Of a DNA stretch of 64,000 nt, positions 10,001-23,888 are shown in pieces; position 1 is the first letter of the stretch; the number at the start of each line of letters is the position of its first letter. Source of the stretch: Amphiscolops sp. MND2022 (lineage: Eukaryota); assembly GCA_964187785.1 (NCBI GenBank), contig OZ076413.1:65038001-65102000 (forward strand). The letters run 5' to 3'. The position numbers and the translations under genes were made by a program. The notes beneath the pieces are model-generated. The model saw nothing but the letters and a program-made list of their open reading frames with translations. It was not told where the DNA came from and did no database searches.

Positions 10001-13000
10001 TCACTGTCCTTCTCGCACAATTCTTTCACATTTGATTGCCATTTAGAGAGCTTGAAACCGCCTTTATGCAAGAGAGATATCAGGTTCTGTTTCACAGATT
10101 CAGCTTCCTGGATGTTTTCCGCAGAATACAAGAAGTCGTCCATATAGAAATTTCGCTTCACAATTCTAGAAGCGACTGGGAATTCTTTTTCATTGTCTGT
10201 GGCAGTACGTTGCAAAGCATAATTTGCACATGTTGGCGAGTCTTTGGCTCCAAATATATGCCGGGTGTATTCATAAGTGGATATGTCGTCTGATTGATTT
10301 TCTCGCCAAACGAAACGAAGGCATTTAGCATCGTCAGGAGGGACTTGTACCTGCAAGAACATAGCTTCAATGTCTGCGCTCATGCCGAACGGTTTCTCCC
10401 GGAACCGGAAGATGATCCCCACAAGATTCTGTAATAAATCTGGGCCAATGAAGAGACTTTTGTTCAATGAATGTCCTTCGAATTCGCTAGCCGCATTACA
10501 GACGCGCCTCACTTTTCCAGGTTTGTTCGGGTTGATTACAGGGTGATGGGGTAAATACCACTGAGGTTCGTTTCTAGTCTCTTGAAGCTCGGCTGTTTCA
10601 AGTATTCGAATATAACCCGAATCTTTATCCGTCTTGATTGTATCTGAATACGCATCTTTAAGTTCTGGGTTCTTGGCCAGTCGATTTTCGAGTGACAAGA
10701 ACTGTTTTACGGCACTACGATAATTGTTCGGAAGACTGGAATGGGGGGAATTCCACAACATTCCCACGGTGTACCTGCCATTTTCACAGTGCGTTGTCTT
10801 TTCCAAAGTTTCAAGTGCTTCAACATCTGATCTGGATCGCCCGTCCACTTTCACTCGTGAACCATAACTTTCGTTGTCCCACCATGTCTTGATTTGTTCG
10901 TTCAAGTCGAAATCTGCAGGTTGATGAACCGAATTATGACATGATGTCAATGAGGACACGATCTTTTTTGGCAATGGTCCACTGACTGTCCAACCCAAAG
11001 AACATCGAACAGCCCAAGGCTCGTCTGGCTGTCCTCGTTGATATTCTAAGGGCCGAGTCAATGAGAAGCAATCTGTTCCAAGGATAACTCCGACGACTTT
11101 CAGATTGAAATTGTTCGATGGAACTTTGGTCAGTTGAGGGTACTGACACTGCATTTTTCGAATATCGTAAAAACTCTCGCCAATGACAAGCTTTTGATGA
11201 ATAGCCATCGGGACATTTTCGTTTCCATAGTCCTTCGAATGAATGGTGACGTTAACAATCTCACTGTCATGACACTCAGTACCATTTATTCCACTGACAG
11301 TTAGACTACGCTTGACTCCTTGCAGGTTAAGTTGATCTGCTGCCGTTTAATCAATCCATGACAGACTAGATCCACTATCAACTAACGCAAGGAGTTTCAC
11401 CCTGTTCCCATTGTTTGATAGCTCCACTTTGTACACAGGTAGAATGCCAAACGTGTTCAAACTTACGCTTGCATGAGTCTCCACAATCTCCGTTGACGTT
11501 GTGTTAGGGATTTTGGTCTCTTCTGGTCGGTGTAGTAATCTGTTGTGACGCCTTTTGCAGCCGTCGATTCCACATTCTTTCATCTTGCAATCCTTCACAG
11601 CGTGTCCACCACGGAAACATAGGAAGCACAATTTGTTCTCCTTCACCTTTTTGTATCTGTCTATAGAAGGCAGTTTCTTGAAGGCATCACAAGCCCATAA
11701 TCCATGGGTATTGCCGCAGACAACACATTTATTTGGACTTTTTGGATTAGAATTAAATGAGGACAACCCAGTTTCGTTGGCAGCTGCGGACATGGATGAC
11801 CCTGTTGTTTTTGTTCGATCAGCCGATGTGGACTGCTTCTTGTCGTTGCTTTGCCTGAATTGAACAAGCAGTTTATCATGAACGAATGCAATGTCGTTCA
11901 ACCACTCACTAAATTTACTGAAATTTGCAGTTTGGTATTTTTGTCCCTTTGCAAAGAACAACCATTTCGTTTTCAGCTCTGGAGGTAGTTTTCTTACAGC
12001 GCTGTTCAACACAGACTATGAGCTAAGATCACCAGTAAAGCCGTACTGATTTATTACACTAACGCATGTCGTTATGAGTTGAGCATATTTGATAATGGCT
12101 GCTGAGTCGTGAGATTTGATGAAAGGGTACGTGTGGATAAGTTTCATTTGAGCATTAACCACTGTCTGGGGTCGACCGAAGTTGCGGACTAACGTGTCCC
12201 AGGCGGTGTGATATAATGCCCCAGAGTAACCAAGACCAGCTATTGCGGCTTTGGCTTTGCCTTTCACCAGCGTTTTTAAATGGCTCATTTTCGCATTGTC
12301 GTCGATTGGCGCATTGTGAATAACTGCATTAAATAGACTGGACCATTCGGGCCACTCCAGAGGATCACCTGCAAATTCGGTCATCTTCAATTTCGGTAGA
12401 CTGGATGCTTGAACTGTCCATTGGGGCAGGACAGGTTGTTGAAAGGGCAATGAATCGAGTTGTGAGACCCTGTTGGGCACTTTGCAATTCACATTGAGAT
12501 GTCGTTTCAGTGAGAATGTTCCTGATTTTGAACGACTTTGGCTTCCATCACCTCGGTCACTCACCCTTCCGCCTTTGCGGTTGGTAGAAGGATCCTTTTG
12601 CTCAATTACTTTCAGCGGCTTTCCTCTACAAGTTCGTGAAGCCACTGGATCGCTTGAGATAACAGTGTTTCCTTTTGCAGTCTGCACAACATTCTGCAAA
12701 TTTTGCTTTTGAATATCCACAACGTCACTGTTTTGATCTAACCAGCTCTTGATGTCGCTGTTCTTATCGGCATCAATTGATATCGACATCAGACTGGGAC
12801 TAACAGTTGACCCATTGCAAGAGCCTTCTGCTTCTTCAATTTGAAGTTTCATTTCCTGCATCTTTAGGGAGGTCTGATTCCGTAAATCAGCCAACTCTGT
12901 TTCAGCTTGCATTTCTTCGAGTTTCATTTCCATCTCCAGTTGTCGCTGCTTGCGTTTCAGCTCTAATTCTCTTTCTTTTTTTCTCAATCGCCATTCGCGA

Positions 13001-15074
13001 CTCTTGCTCCAGCAGTTTGGCTCGACTTTCAAGTCGCCGACGTTCACTGAGTCGTGAAGATCGAGAACCGGTGTTGGAATGTTGATACTTCCAAGGCTTA
13101 CTGCCAGCACTCTTCATGGTCGATGGAAAATTACTGGTAGATGGCTTCAGCTGCTGACTCACGTGTGCCGGAGCTTCGTATTTCGTAGAGCTTTCCTCGT
13201 ATTTACTTGACTCGTCTCGAGAAATGGTGTCATTAAAACTCTTCAGTAATTTCAAGCTCTGATCCATTTTCTCGACAGCACTTTTCTTGCGTTTACTCTG
13301 ATCTGTTTCGGGATTAGTCGAGATATTGTGGGTTTCCGAACGTTCTTCGGCTATCGTGGCATCTTCTGCTGCAAGGTTTTCTGATGTGGTGTTGGTATCC
13401 TTGCTATCTGGATCTACATAGCCGATCCATTAAATTGTTGCTTTCTGAAGTTCTCTCTCGACTTCAGCTAGAATGGCTTCCTTTGGTGCAAAGAACTCGC
13501 GATTGCCAAAATGAAGATTCATCAGAGTTCGTTGCTCCTTCAGAGTTTTGTCCATTTCGTCTTTCATCTCTCGAACCTTTGGTAAAGCTGATTTGACCTT
13601 AGTTGATCTAGCGCCCTGTGCAATCAATGAATCCGTCTTGACTATTTCATCTTGAGTCTTGACACGGGCGTCGTTAAATTGATCTGATAACTTACAGTAA
13701 CGTAGAAAATGTCCTTTATCCTTCAAATTAGAAAGACCTGTTTCACATCCTTTCAGTTTGCTAAACATTGTTGAGCATTCTTTGTAAAGTTGCTCAAGCC
13801 CACTCGTTTGACAACGCAAGACTTTGCGACGCTCTGACTGATACTTGTCTTTGAGCAGGTGAATGCAACTATCGCATTCGTTATTTATTCCTTCAATGGA
13901 TTTGCAATATTCTTGATAAAGACTGCCCAATTCGTATATACTGGGTTCGTAATCTTTTCCTTTAAATTTCAGTTCCTCGAACTTCGAAGATATCTGTGCT
14001 ATTGTTTCAATTGTTTTAGCAAAGCGCACTTCGTGCTCTCTCCATTCTGCAGCAGTGGATGAGTTCTTCAAGGCATCCGAAAATAACAACACCTGTGTTG
14101 TTCCGCCTTTCTTCATTGTCATTACCTTCGGGTCGGTTAGGTCAAATTTCGCCATCCTTGTAGAGTAACTTCTGCTATATTGCCTGCTATGTAGTAATTT
14201 GGTCAACCCGATGGACAATGAATCAGGTCCCCTGTGACGTGAATACAATATCCAGTTAAATAGGAATTTTGCTCTTCTTCAAGATTTGAGCAAACCAGTT
14301 GGGTATCTGCAAATCTAACAAAGCTGAGAAAAGAAGAACAGAAGTCAAAGATAGTGAAATATAACGCAACCTTTTCCCGGGTCGCGGCACCAAAATGTAA
14401 AGGCTGATTCTAGTAGGTAAGGCGTTCGAACCGTCGGCCTGTCCCTGGGATAATTTTAACATGCAAAAAATTGTAAAGTTCCCGAAAACTCTACAAATCC
14501 GTGATGAAAACTGAATATTTCAACTTCTAAAACACTTACAACTTGCTTTTAAGAAGTCAATTTTCCGTTCTCATATGGTTATACAACATCTCAGGTACAT
14601 CGACTAATAGAGTAAACAATATAGAAGTAAATATTTATGCGTAAATATGAAGTTATGAGAGTAAATCCGCTGATTTACAACAAGTAACTACACTTTCGTG
14701 ATCAGTAAATACACTATCTTGGGCACTTTCTGCCTATCTAAGTAGGCTAATATTGGCTACAAATACTCAAATATGTTCTCACAACACGATCACAAACAAA
14801 TATGAGGGCTAAAGTGGGTTAAACAGGAAATGGAGGGCAATATTTGCGAGAAAAGTGATATATTGATGGAAAAGTCCAAAAACCCCCCATAAAAACTTTT
14901 TTTGAAAAAAAGTTGCTTTGATTTCCAGTTTTTTGTGCTAAATCGGTAGTTTGGCTCAAATAATTGGGTTCACCGCTATTTTGGGGTTGGTTCTTTCATT
15001 GGGGTCGGAGTTATGACACTGCAAAGTCACCCAATTTGAGGTCTTCTTTCTGTCCTGCATTTCAGGCCTTTTCA
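7091..15074 (-). mobile_element. BEL/Pao LTR retrotransposon, full length but defective, in an intron of the MFS gene
   Basis: 679-bp LTRs at 7091-7769 and 14396-15074 differ at ~5 positions. TSD ATCAC (7086-90, 15075-79). PBS TGGTGCCGCGACCCGGGA (14375-14392, tRNA-Phe-like). Pao-type pol ends GGGCCGGCGA|TG. Confidence 0.96.
7757..14248 (-). pseudogene. BEL/Pao gag-pol with stops, frameshifts and an integrase deletion
   Basis: DUF1759-like gag (FAGDPLEWPEW), three Cys-His knuckles, protease LVDSGS, RT YMDD, Pao RNase H (LHVFADAS..PKLE), integrase SDNGTNF and DUF5641-like tail (LTPHHFLLG, W..W.KEYL). Confidence 0.92.
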
Positions 15075-17090
15075 ATCACAGAAGTGATAGAATGAAAACT
15101 AGTTTCAAACAAAAGAGTGTCCGGCTGCTCGGTGCTTTAATCGGAGTAGTGAACAAATAGCAGGATTCATTATTTGAGCTTGTTTTCGTAAAATCTTTCA
15201 CTGTAAAGAAAGATAATTAAAAAATAATTTTTCGTTTGGACTAGTTTGCCTAGTTTAACACAAAAATTAAAACTCACCGTAATTGTTCCAATGTATAGCC
15301 TTTGAAATAAAAAACACCAGTCAAAAGTGTAGGTTAGTCACTGTAAACACAGCGAGAGTAAGACTGCCTGATAATTAATCCTTTGTGCAACCACAACTTG
15401 TGTTGAGTTACATGAGGTATCTGGGTAAAATGATTTACTTTACTGCCACTTTCTTCGAGCAGCAGATCAACCAAAGGCAGCCTGAGAACTAGCATAAGGT
15501 AGTCAATTAATGCATATTCTGGAATCGAATTTCCATTTCAACACACAAAACGGAAAGTCTTATACCAATTGCTTACGTTTGACATTTTGATTTCTCCATA
15601 ATTTTCCCGAAATAAAGCTCCATTGTCCGAAAATTAGGGGAAACAACAAAATTGACTTGTGTTCTTGACCTTCCAAACAAACAACAATTTTCTTTTTTCT
15701 TCTTGATTTCTAGGCCCCTACGTTACAGGTAACATTACGTGTGTATTTTTGTCACATTACGACGCCAATCGGGGAAAAACGGTGACTGCAACAAATCTGT
15801 TGTAGTCTTATGTGGATTCTTGAACTGCATTATAACACATGCGTTTCAAGAATTGACAAAAGTGGAGTGAAATTTTTTTCTGGATTCTTGCACAGGCAGA
15901 AATTCAACTCACTTAGTAATGTAACTGCATGCGCAACTCCACCCGTGTCGCTATTTTACCTCAAGCATGATGACAAAAGTTTTTCGACCTGAAAATTTCA
16001 GGTATTTCTCATTCAATCCTTGCTGAGTTTCTCACAAAAGTATGCAGGTATCTCTCATAGTAATTTTTTACCTGAGGTTTTCAACGCAAAATTGCATGCG
16101 TTGGCTCAAGCTATTTTAACAAGGATCTTTTGGTTTTTGATCGAGTGTTCTTAAGCGTCCCATGGCATTACAACCCATTGACATTCTTGATACAAAATTC
16201 TCGAAAACTTATGTTAGAAAAACTAACTATTTTTTCGCACACTTCATATTGTTCCATGGGCATCTCTGACTATGATAATCCTCTTCCGCACAATCAATCA
16301 CGATTATGGTTTCATTTAAGTTTGGTTCATTTTGGTACGCTGGTTTTACAGGTTACCTAAACTGCGTCATTTCTGAAGGTCGGAGAGGAAAAACTCCTGT
16401 TTCTCAGTTAATATCATAATTATCTGAATATATTGGCTCCATGCTTGTATATCAGTGTTGACTAGCCAGGGTTCGATCGACTGTGATGTGCTATTTTCAC
16501 CTCAACTTCAGTGCCAACCAAAGTTGTTATCTAAAATCTCATTACATTGATGTGATGCTTCTAGTTCTGTTGCACTCATGTCCCTACTATCTGGAGAAGG
16601 ACTACTTGCTTCCTTCAAAAAGTGTTTTTTATGTCCTAGCACCTTTTCCCACAAATTACTGCCTTGCATGACATTCTATTCACAGAAAACAACGTTAGGA
16701 CTACATGACATCCAAAATAATATAAATCAAGTAAGAAACACGAATTCCTAGTAACGCGCATATTAAGTCTACAACCCCTTACTCGTTTCCTTATAAAAAG
16801 CACCTAACACCCTTCTGATAGCTGAGACTTGTTAAGACTGTTTCTGTCACTTCGTCCCAAACTTGTGACAAGACCAAAGCGGTCAACACAAAGAAAGAAC
16901 CTGAAGTTCATGTGTTTCTACTTCAAAAAAATTCGTTAGACCAAAACTCATTTCAAATTCACTTGAGATTGGGTATTTGTTTGACAGAAGCTTGAATTTT
17001 ACCGCCAATAGCTGGGGTGATAGGGGCTTTCAAATTTCACTTCACTGGATAGTGGCCAATGAGGAAAAGATCCGAAAAAAAACAACGAGC

Positions 17091-17266
17091 CTGCACTGAA
17101 GATGCCGATGCCGAGTCGAGCGAGGATGCTGAGAGTGAAGAAGGGCCAGACTCCGGGTACAAAGACCAGCAAGGCGAAGGCACACGACATGAGTCCGGCA
17201 CAGAAAGCACTGGCTATGAAGATGAAGTTCTGGTTCTCAGCACTGCCCATGGCCAGCACCAGGATA
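17091..17266 (-). CDS. SLC18B1-like MFS transporter, TM2 end to TM4 start
   Basis: Reads ILVLAMGSAENQNFIFIASAFCAGLMSCAFALLVFVPGVWPFFTLSILARLGIGIFSA. Acceptor GCGCAG|; the in-frame join to 7051 requires a GC donor at 17090. Confidence 0.8.
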
Positions 17267-18002
17267 CTGCGCAGCCAATCAGGAATTATTCATTAATTGA
17301 ATAAATATTTTATTAATTATTGAAATAATTAATCAATCAAATGATTATCCCAATTTAATTTCAAAGTGACAATTTAGGATCTAGATATGAACGTTGTTTA
17401 CATATATTTCTCCCTGAAAAGTCATGCATTTTTGATTAGGAAATCAAAAGCTTCAATTTTGGAGTGACAAAAAAAGTTATTTTTCAACATAATCACAGTG
17501 AAAATGTTGAAAAATGTTTTGTTCAAACGATAAACTATCCTAATCGACTTTAACTTTATGTTATCGATAAAGATTTCACTTTTAATTGGGCCAGTTTGAA
17601 AAACTTTTTCGAGGATTGACTTCATAAATTTGATGGTGGGGGAAACATAACAGAGCTATTGAAAAGATTAAAAGTGGCTAATCTCTTAGATATGAGACAA
17701 AGTCAACTTGTTTATCATGATCAGAATGAAACACCAAAAGACCAAATATCAACGCGCAATATATCTTTGGATATACATTTGAAAAAAAAGTGTCAAAAAT
17801 TTATGTCAGAAAACAATTGTATATACGAAATCGAATGAAAATGAGGAAAATTAGATCAACCGGTAGTTTCGGGAGTTTTAGAACCCATCATAGACTATCC
17901 CAGAGCTGTTGGTTTAAACAAAAATTTTGGAGACTTTTGGTAGATTTGACCCTGATCTAGGCCAAATCTTCTTTTTATAGGTGAAATGTTTAATTGTTAA
18001 TT

Positions 18003-21000
18003 TATTGTAATCTGCTTGCATAGCTGATATGAAAACAATATTTAAAATAACAATGTTTTCTGTAACTCAAAACGTATCATAATGATAGTGAGCTATATCT
18101 ATAGACCTAACTACTTGTTAGTCAACAAGACCTAAAATGGCAACGGATTGTTTATCAACAGTTTTAATGATGTCTGTTGCTCTACCATTTCCACCTCTGC
18201 AATTGGATGGGAAGTATCCAATGGGGTTACGTTGCCGTCCAGATTGCTGTTTTGTGGTCGGTATGCCGTCCGCGTCCTGTTGATGATGTATCCGGATTTC
18301 CGTGATCAGCATGGCGAGCTTCAAAGGAGTGGTTCGTCTTGTAGTATGAGCGGTTTACTGGTTTTCTTCGCAGTCCCGCTCCAGCATTTCTTCCGTTGTC
18401 TCCAGTAGTGGTGACATGTTCAGCCGTTTTGCGGTGTTTCCTGTAATCAGTTTGGTTAATAGGATGATTTAGCCTAACAATTGGGTTCGTTTTCGTTGGG
18501 CGTTTTGACCGGCGTAGGTTAGTTTCTTCTAAGTTTTCTATTTCTTTTTCAATCTCGGTGCTAGAGCTAAGGTTGCTGGTTAGTTCTAAGTCTGACTCAA
18601 TTTTCATTTTAAAAGTCTTGTAGGTTACCTTACCGTTGGTGTCTTTAATGTGGAGGTCTTGTCTTGATTGTTGTTTGTCACTGACTATTTGCTCAATGTC
18701 GGAATCCGACATTTGATCAGCATTGATTGTTAGGGGACCCAGTTGTTTGGTTTTGCCATCTCCCGACCGTTTTTCTGGCGAAGTTGATTGTTCCTGGTTT
18801 CGGATGAGTTTGGGCCTTCCGCTGCCGAATATCCCAAACAATAGGGTGTCCGGCAATTCTGGGCAGGTGTCCATTGGATCGTCTTGTAATGGGATCGATC
18901 GGAAGTGGCCGGAGTCTTGTTTTCTTTGCGGGCAAATTTTCCGTCCGGTCCCCTTGGTCCGGTACCTCTGTTGGAGGGTTCCTGTTCAAAGGGTGTAATT
19001 GATTAGTTTACTGTTCACTGATTAGTTTACGGTGAATTATTCTATTATCAGCTGTATTTACGGTGTGATTTGTTCTCTTTACGGCTGTTTGTGGCTGGTC
19101 TGAATATGGACTTTCAAATTTGAGTTTTGTGTTTTCCGTTCGAGAATTCAAACGAATATTTACTAACTGTTTTTGTCGATATTCTCTTTTGTTTCATTGG
19201 CAGATGGTCGAAGCTACCGCCTTCTCCACTGAATGTGTAAAGCTGTAAGGTTTCTGGTTTTGCTGAAAAGGATTGGTTATTTGTTAGTTCTTTGATTTCG
19301 TTCAATTTTAACATGTTGCTCAATTCCGTGTTCGGTTCTCTACCGAAATGCAATTTAGATGCCGATTTATTTAAACTAGTGTTTGGGGTAGTTCATCTTA
19401 CTCCTAATGCTAGGTCGAGAGCTTTTCCGAAAGATTCTCCTGCTTTAATGTTAGTTAATAGGTTTTTCTTCGATGTTCTCACCCCACGCTCTTCTAAGCC
19501 GGTCGGGGTATGAATATACAGTGTTCCGTATATAATCGAAATGTAATTCTTTTTGCAAAATTTTCTAAAGAAGTGGCCCGTAAACGCCGACGATTTGTTG
19601 GTTCTAATTATTTTTGGTATTCCGTTCAACTAAATGTCTTGAAGGAAATTTACCGCAATTTTTTCCGTCTGTTGATTTACATAGACTGTACTTATTTACT
19701 GTACCTGTCCATAGAAAGTAAAATATAAAATCTACGGTTGTCTTCCGTGTTTGGTCCGATGAAATTTGGCCTTCTTCGGGTTGGTTGCGTTCTTCGGGGA
19801 TGTTGTCATATTGCTTTCTCTCCAAGCATACGTGGGTCTTTTGAAGTTTCGGATCGTTAGTTGTTTCCGTCATCAGTAGCTAAAGATCCGTTGCGATTTC
19901 GTTTTTGGTATCTCTGACAGTGTTTTTGTGGTCCCAGTTATTTTGCTCCATTGCCTGAATTCTTGGTGTGTGACCCATCTTGATATATTACACGCTCTTT
20001 ACTCCAAGATAGTTGGCCAGTTAATGGTTAGTACTTCCAGTACCGACGGTGCCAGTTCTGAGTTGCTCGAAATTTCTCCCTCCTCCATTTATGTTTCGTC
20101 CGGTGAATAGGAGGTAGTCGGACGTACTTGGGAAGTGCTTGGCCTCTTATCTTTTTGGGGGATGAATCCCCCTTCAAAGTTCCCTGCTTCTGTGAAGTAA
20201 TCAGTCTGTTGCTGGTTCGGAATTGGCCGTTTTCTAATTTCTACGGCCGTGCTTTCTAGTTTTCGGAACATTTCCGAAAGTCTTTCTTCAAATGTTCTTC
20301 TTCCGCCGCGAAGAGTTTTTGATTCGTGGTTTTTTCAACTTGCCATCTGATAGTCGGTAAACCCCCGGCTTAAAATTTTTCGTCATCTTTCAATTAAGTC
20401 GGTTGTTTTAGGAAAGAGTCGATTTTTTCAAGGCTGTCAATGGTTTTAGCGTCCATTGTTATCCGGTTAATTGTCGATTTGACACTGTTCGCGATCAATG
20501 CTACTAATGGCGTTTAGTTCACGCGCGTTGCCAGTTGACCGATATTTGTTTGCTTTTGTCAAGCTGATTAGTTTGTTCTCGAATTGTGACTGGTTGAAAT
20601 GGTTGCTAAGGCAATCGAATGTTGAAACAAATCCGTAGTGCGGTGCTATGCTGTTAATAACATACTCTTCTTCGTATGCATCATCGTTTTGCGCCGGTGC
20701 GATACGATTTCTACTCAAGTAATCCGTGAGCGCTAAGTGTTTTCCGGCGTTGTGGTTTACGTTTATCGTAAAATGTGCTAATCGGTCAAGCCAGCGTGTT
20801 AGGCGTGCGCTGTACGTTTTATTCGATCATTTGCGCTTCATTAGCGGTTCTAATGCTTGATGATCCGTCAGTAATTTGACGGGTTTTCCGTAAATGTACG
20901 AGCGGAAGTATTTTAACCGTCAGACTACCGCTAAGAATTCCAGCTCGTTGATTGCATAATGTTTCTCTGTATCCGATAGAAATCTGCTTGCAAAAGATTT

Positions 21001-23609
21001 CGGTTTCAAACCTCCGTTATCTTGTTCTTGCCAGAGAGTTGCGCCTAGCCTTTTTGTACTGGCGTCGGTTGTAATTGTGTTCTGTCGAACGGAGCTATAG
21101 TGTGCCAAACACGGTTTTTCCAAGATTTTGCGCTTTAAATGGTTAAATGCTTCGAAGTCTTTCGTTGTCCAATTCCAGTTGTTTTTCGTTTTTAACAACT
21201 GTCTCAATAAGTCTGTGCCAACAGATTTTCGATGTATTTTGACAAATACTGAATTGCCCCAGAAAGGACTTTACTTTTTTCTCGTTTTTTGGTTCTTTTA
21301 ATTCTTGAATTGCTTTCAGTTTGTCTTGTAACGGTCTGATACCGTTTTGGTCAATTTTATGACCTACCCACTCTATTTCCGTTTTGAAAAATTCCGTTTT
21401 GTTTTAATTCAGTTTCTACCCTGCGTTTTCTAATTTTGTTATTACCTCAATTAACCCACGCTTATGTTGTTCATAAGTTCCGTTTGTGACTACCATTATC
21501 TCGTCTAACCACGCCGGGTGTTCGTTCTCCAGTGATTGCTCAATCGTTTCTTGAAATATAGTCGGAATGTCCGCCAAGACATTGAACCCTTTTAGGAATT
21601 TGTAAAATCCGGTGAAGTTGCCTGCAGTTATTGCGAATTTGCATAAGTCCATTGCGCGCTTCGATATTTGTAGTTGGCCGTATGCTTAATGCAGATCAAA
21701 TCCATGTTTGGCATTTGTGTCTTTCTCCTCACGGTTCTTTCATTTAGTTTCCGTGAATCTAGAGTGATTTTAACCGTTTTGTATTTTTTCACGGCAGTTA
21801 CTGCTGGGCTGACGAAGCAGTTTTCATTGATGTTCGTTGCTCTGTCTATGTGGCCGTTCTTTTTCAACTTTTCTATCTGTTTTCCGACCGCTGGTTGTAG
21901 TTGTATTGGTATCGGACGGCCTCTTTGTTGTATTAGTTTTGCGTCCAGGTTTTAGTTGTATGTCTACTTCCATTCCTTTTATCGTTTTATGTTCATGAAA
22001 TAGTTTTTTGAACTTTGTTTTCAGTTCCATTACGACTCAGTCGTCTTCGACGCTTTGGATCTTCAGGTCAGTTTTCCCGGTTTCTGGTTTGATTCCCAAA
22101 TATTTCATCCAGTCTAGACCGAGCAATGTGTAAGTTCTTTTTGTCGTTTTTAGCAGTTCTAGATTTTTTGTTTTCTCATTGGTTTCGACTTTCGCGTTGT
22201 TTTTCATTCAAATTTTATTTTGTTGTTGTTGACGTCTCTAAACTCCGTGTGTAAAAGCCGTATAGGTGTGATTTGGTTGAACATTTGTTTTGGTATCAAG
22301 GTGGCCAGTGATCCTCTAACAATTATGAATGTTGACCAATGCCGTTGTAGTAAAGAATGGTTTTCCGTCTCTTGTAATTTGTTTCGTTGAATCGACCGTT
22401 CTTGTTATGAGGTGTATTTTGTATGGTGATAAGTCGTCCTCTTCTGCACTGGTTGCTTCTGATTCCGGGTAGATGTGTTTTATCTTCCGGTCCGATTTCT
22501 GTTTGGTTCAGCACAGTTTCGCGTAGTAGCCGATTTCTCCGCAATTTAGTCATTTCTTTGTTTTTGCCGCGCAGTCGTGTCGTTTACTCCAATTCGGTGC
22601 GCCGCATCTGATACAATCGACTTTTCTGAATTTGTTTGGTTTTTCATTTTCGGGTTTTTGATAGTTTCTTTTTCTACCCTTGTGCTTTTTTTCGTTTCTT
22701 CTTCTGAGTCTCATGACTCGTTCATCTTTTTGTACATATACCCGTGGACTGTGTCGGTTATCGCTTCTACAGACATGTCTCCTTTTTGATTTTCTTCTCC
22801 AGGTCGTTGTCTCCAGTTGTTTTTCCGATTACTGGAAGAAGTTTGAAGCTAGCAGTTCTGCTGCTGTTATTTTTTCAAATTCACAATTTTTCTCAATCTC
22901 TAGGATTCGTTTCCAGGTATCTGCTGCCGATTCTCCCATTTCTCTCTTTAGGTTGAAGACATCTGCCCTGCTGTGATATATATTCTGTTCCGGAATAAAA
23001 AAAATGTCTAAATGATGCGTAAAGACGGTGTAATGGTAGGGAATTTGGTTCCCTTTCTCTTACCGTCTTCGTCATCTCCGTGAGTGCTCATTGCCCAATT
23101 GTTCAAATGAAGAGGTCTTTTATTTCCTCTTCCCATTGGTCTCTGTATTGTGGGAGCACTTTTTAGGAGTTTGTCATCTTCGATAGATCTATTTCGTGGG
23201 TCATTTAGATGTACTGGGGGAACTTTCTCCACAAGAGCTTGGCACTGGTGTGGTCGTTCTTTTCTATGATCGGAATAGGAAAATTTTGTGTGGTTGTCCG
23301 TTCAACCAATCTCGTAGTTGTGTTGTTTGGGAGTGAGCGGTTGCCCGTTTCTTCCATGGAGTTGTTTTGATCATCTTCCATTGTCACAAGCTTTCTCTGG
23401 AAGTTCAAATTGCTAACTGCGCCATATTGTAATCTGCTTGTATAGCTGATATGAAAACATTATTTAAAATACCAATGTTTTTTGTAACTCGAAACGTATC
23501 ATAATGATAGTGAGCTATATCTATAGAAATAAGTACTTGTTAGTCAACAAGAACTAAAAATGGCAACGGATTGGTTATCAACAGTTTTATTGATGTCTGT
23601 TGTTCTTCA
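18003..23609 (-). mobile_element. Ty3/gypsy element B, full length, heavily decayed
   Basis: LTRs 18003-18187 and 23425-23609 (~92% identical by eye). TSD TAATT (17998-18002, 23610-14). PBS TGGCGCAGTTAGCA (23411-24, tRNA-Ser-like). PPT GCAGAGGTGGAAA. gag knuckles, RT WLDE, RNase H and integrase fragments are collinear with element A. Confidence 0.92.
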
Positions 23610-23888
23610 TAATTACAGTCGGACCTCGATATAATGAATCATTGATACAATGTAACTCTCGTTAGAAAGCAATTCAAACAAAACAAAATTTCAAACCAAT
23701 CAAAACCAAGCAAACAAAAAAGGATTCGAAACAACGTACACTCCTCTTAACGTAATCATTGTAATACTCCTCAAGAGGTGCGGTAAACCGAGACCCGACT
23801 GTAGTTTATTACTTTATTTTGATTTCAAAACTTGATTCAATTTGCAATAAAGTTCTCCATTTTTTGCAAAACGAATCTACGATAATCC

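Noticed and set aside
8452-13410. Stop-codon reassignment suggested by in-frame TAG/TAA at Glu/Gln-like positions in BEL
   Set aside because: The same element also has frameshifts and a deletion, and the host PTP exons contain no in-frame stops; point mutation suffices.
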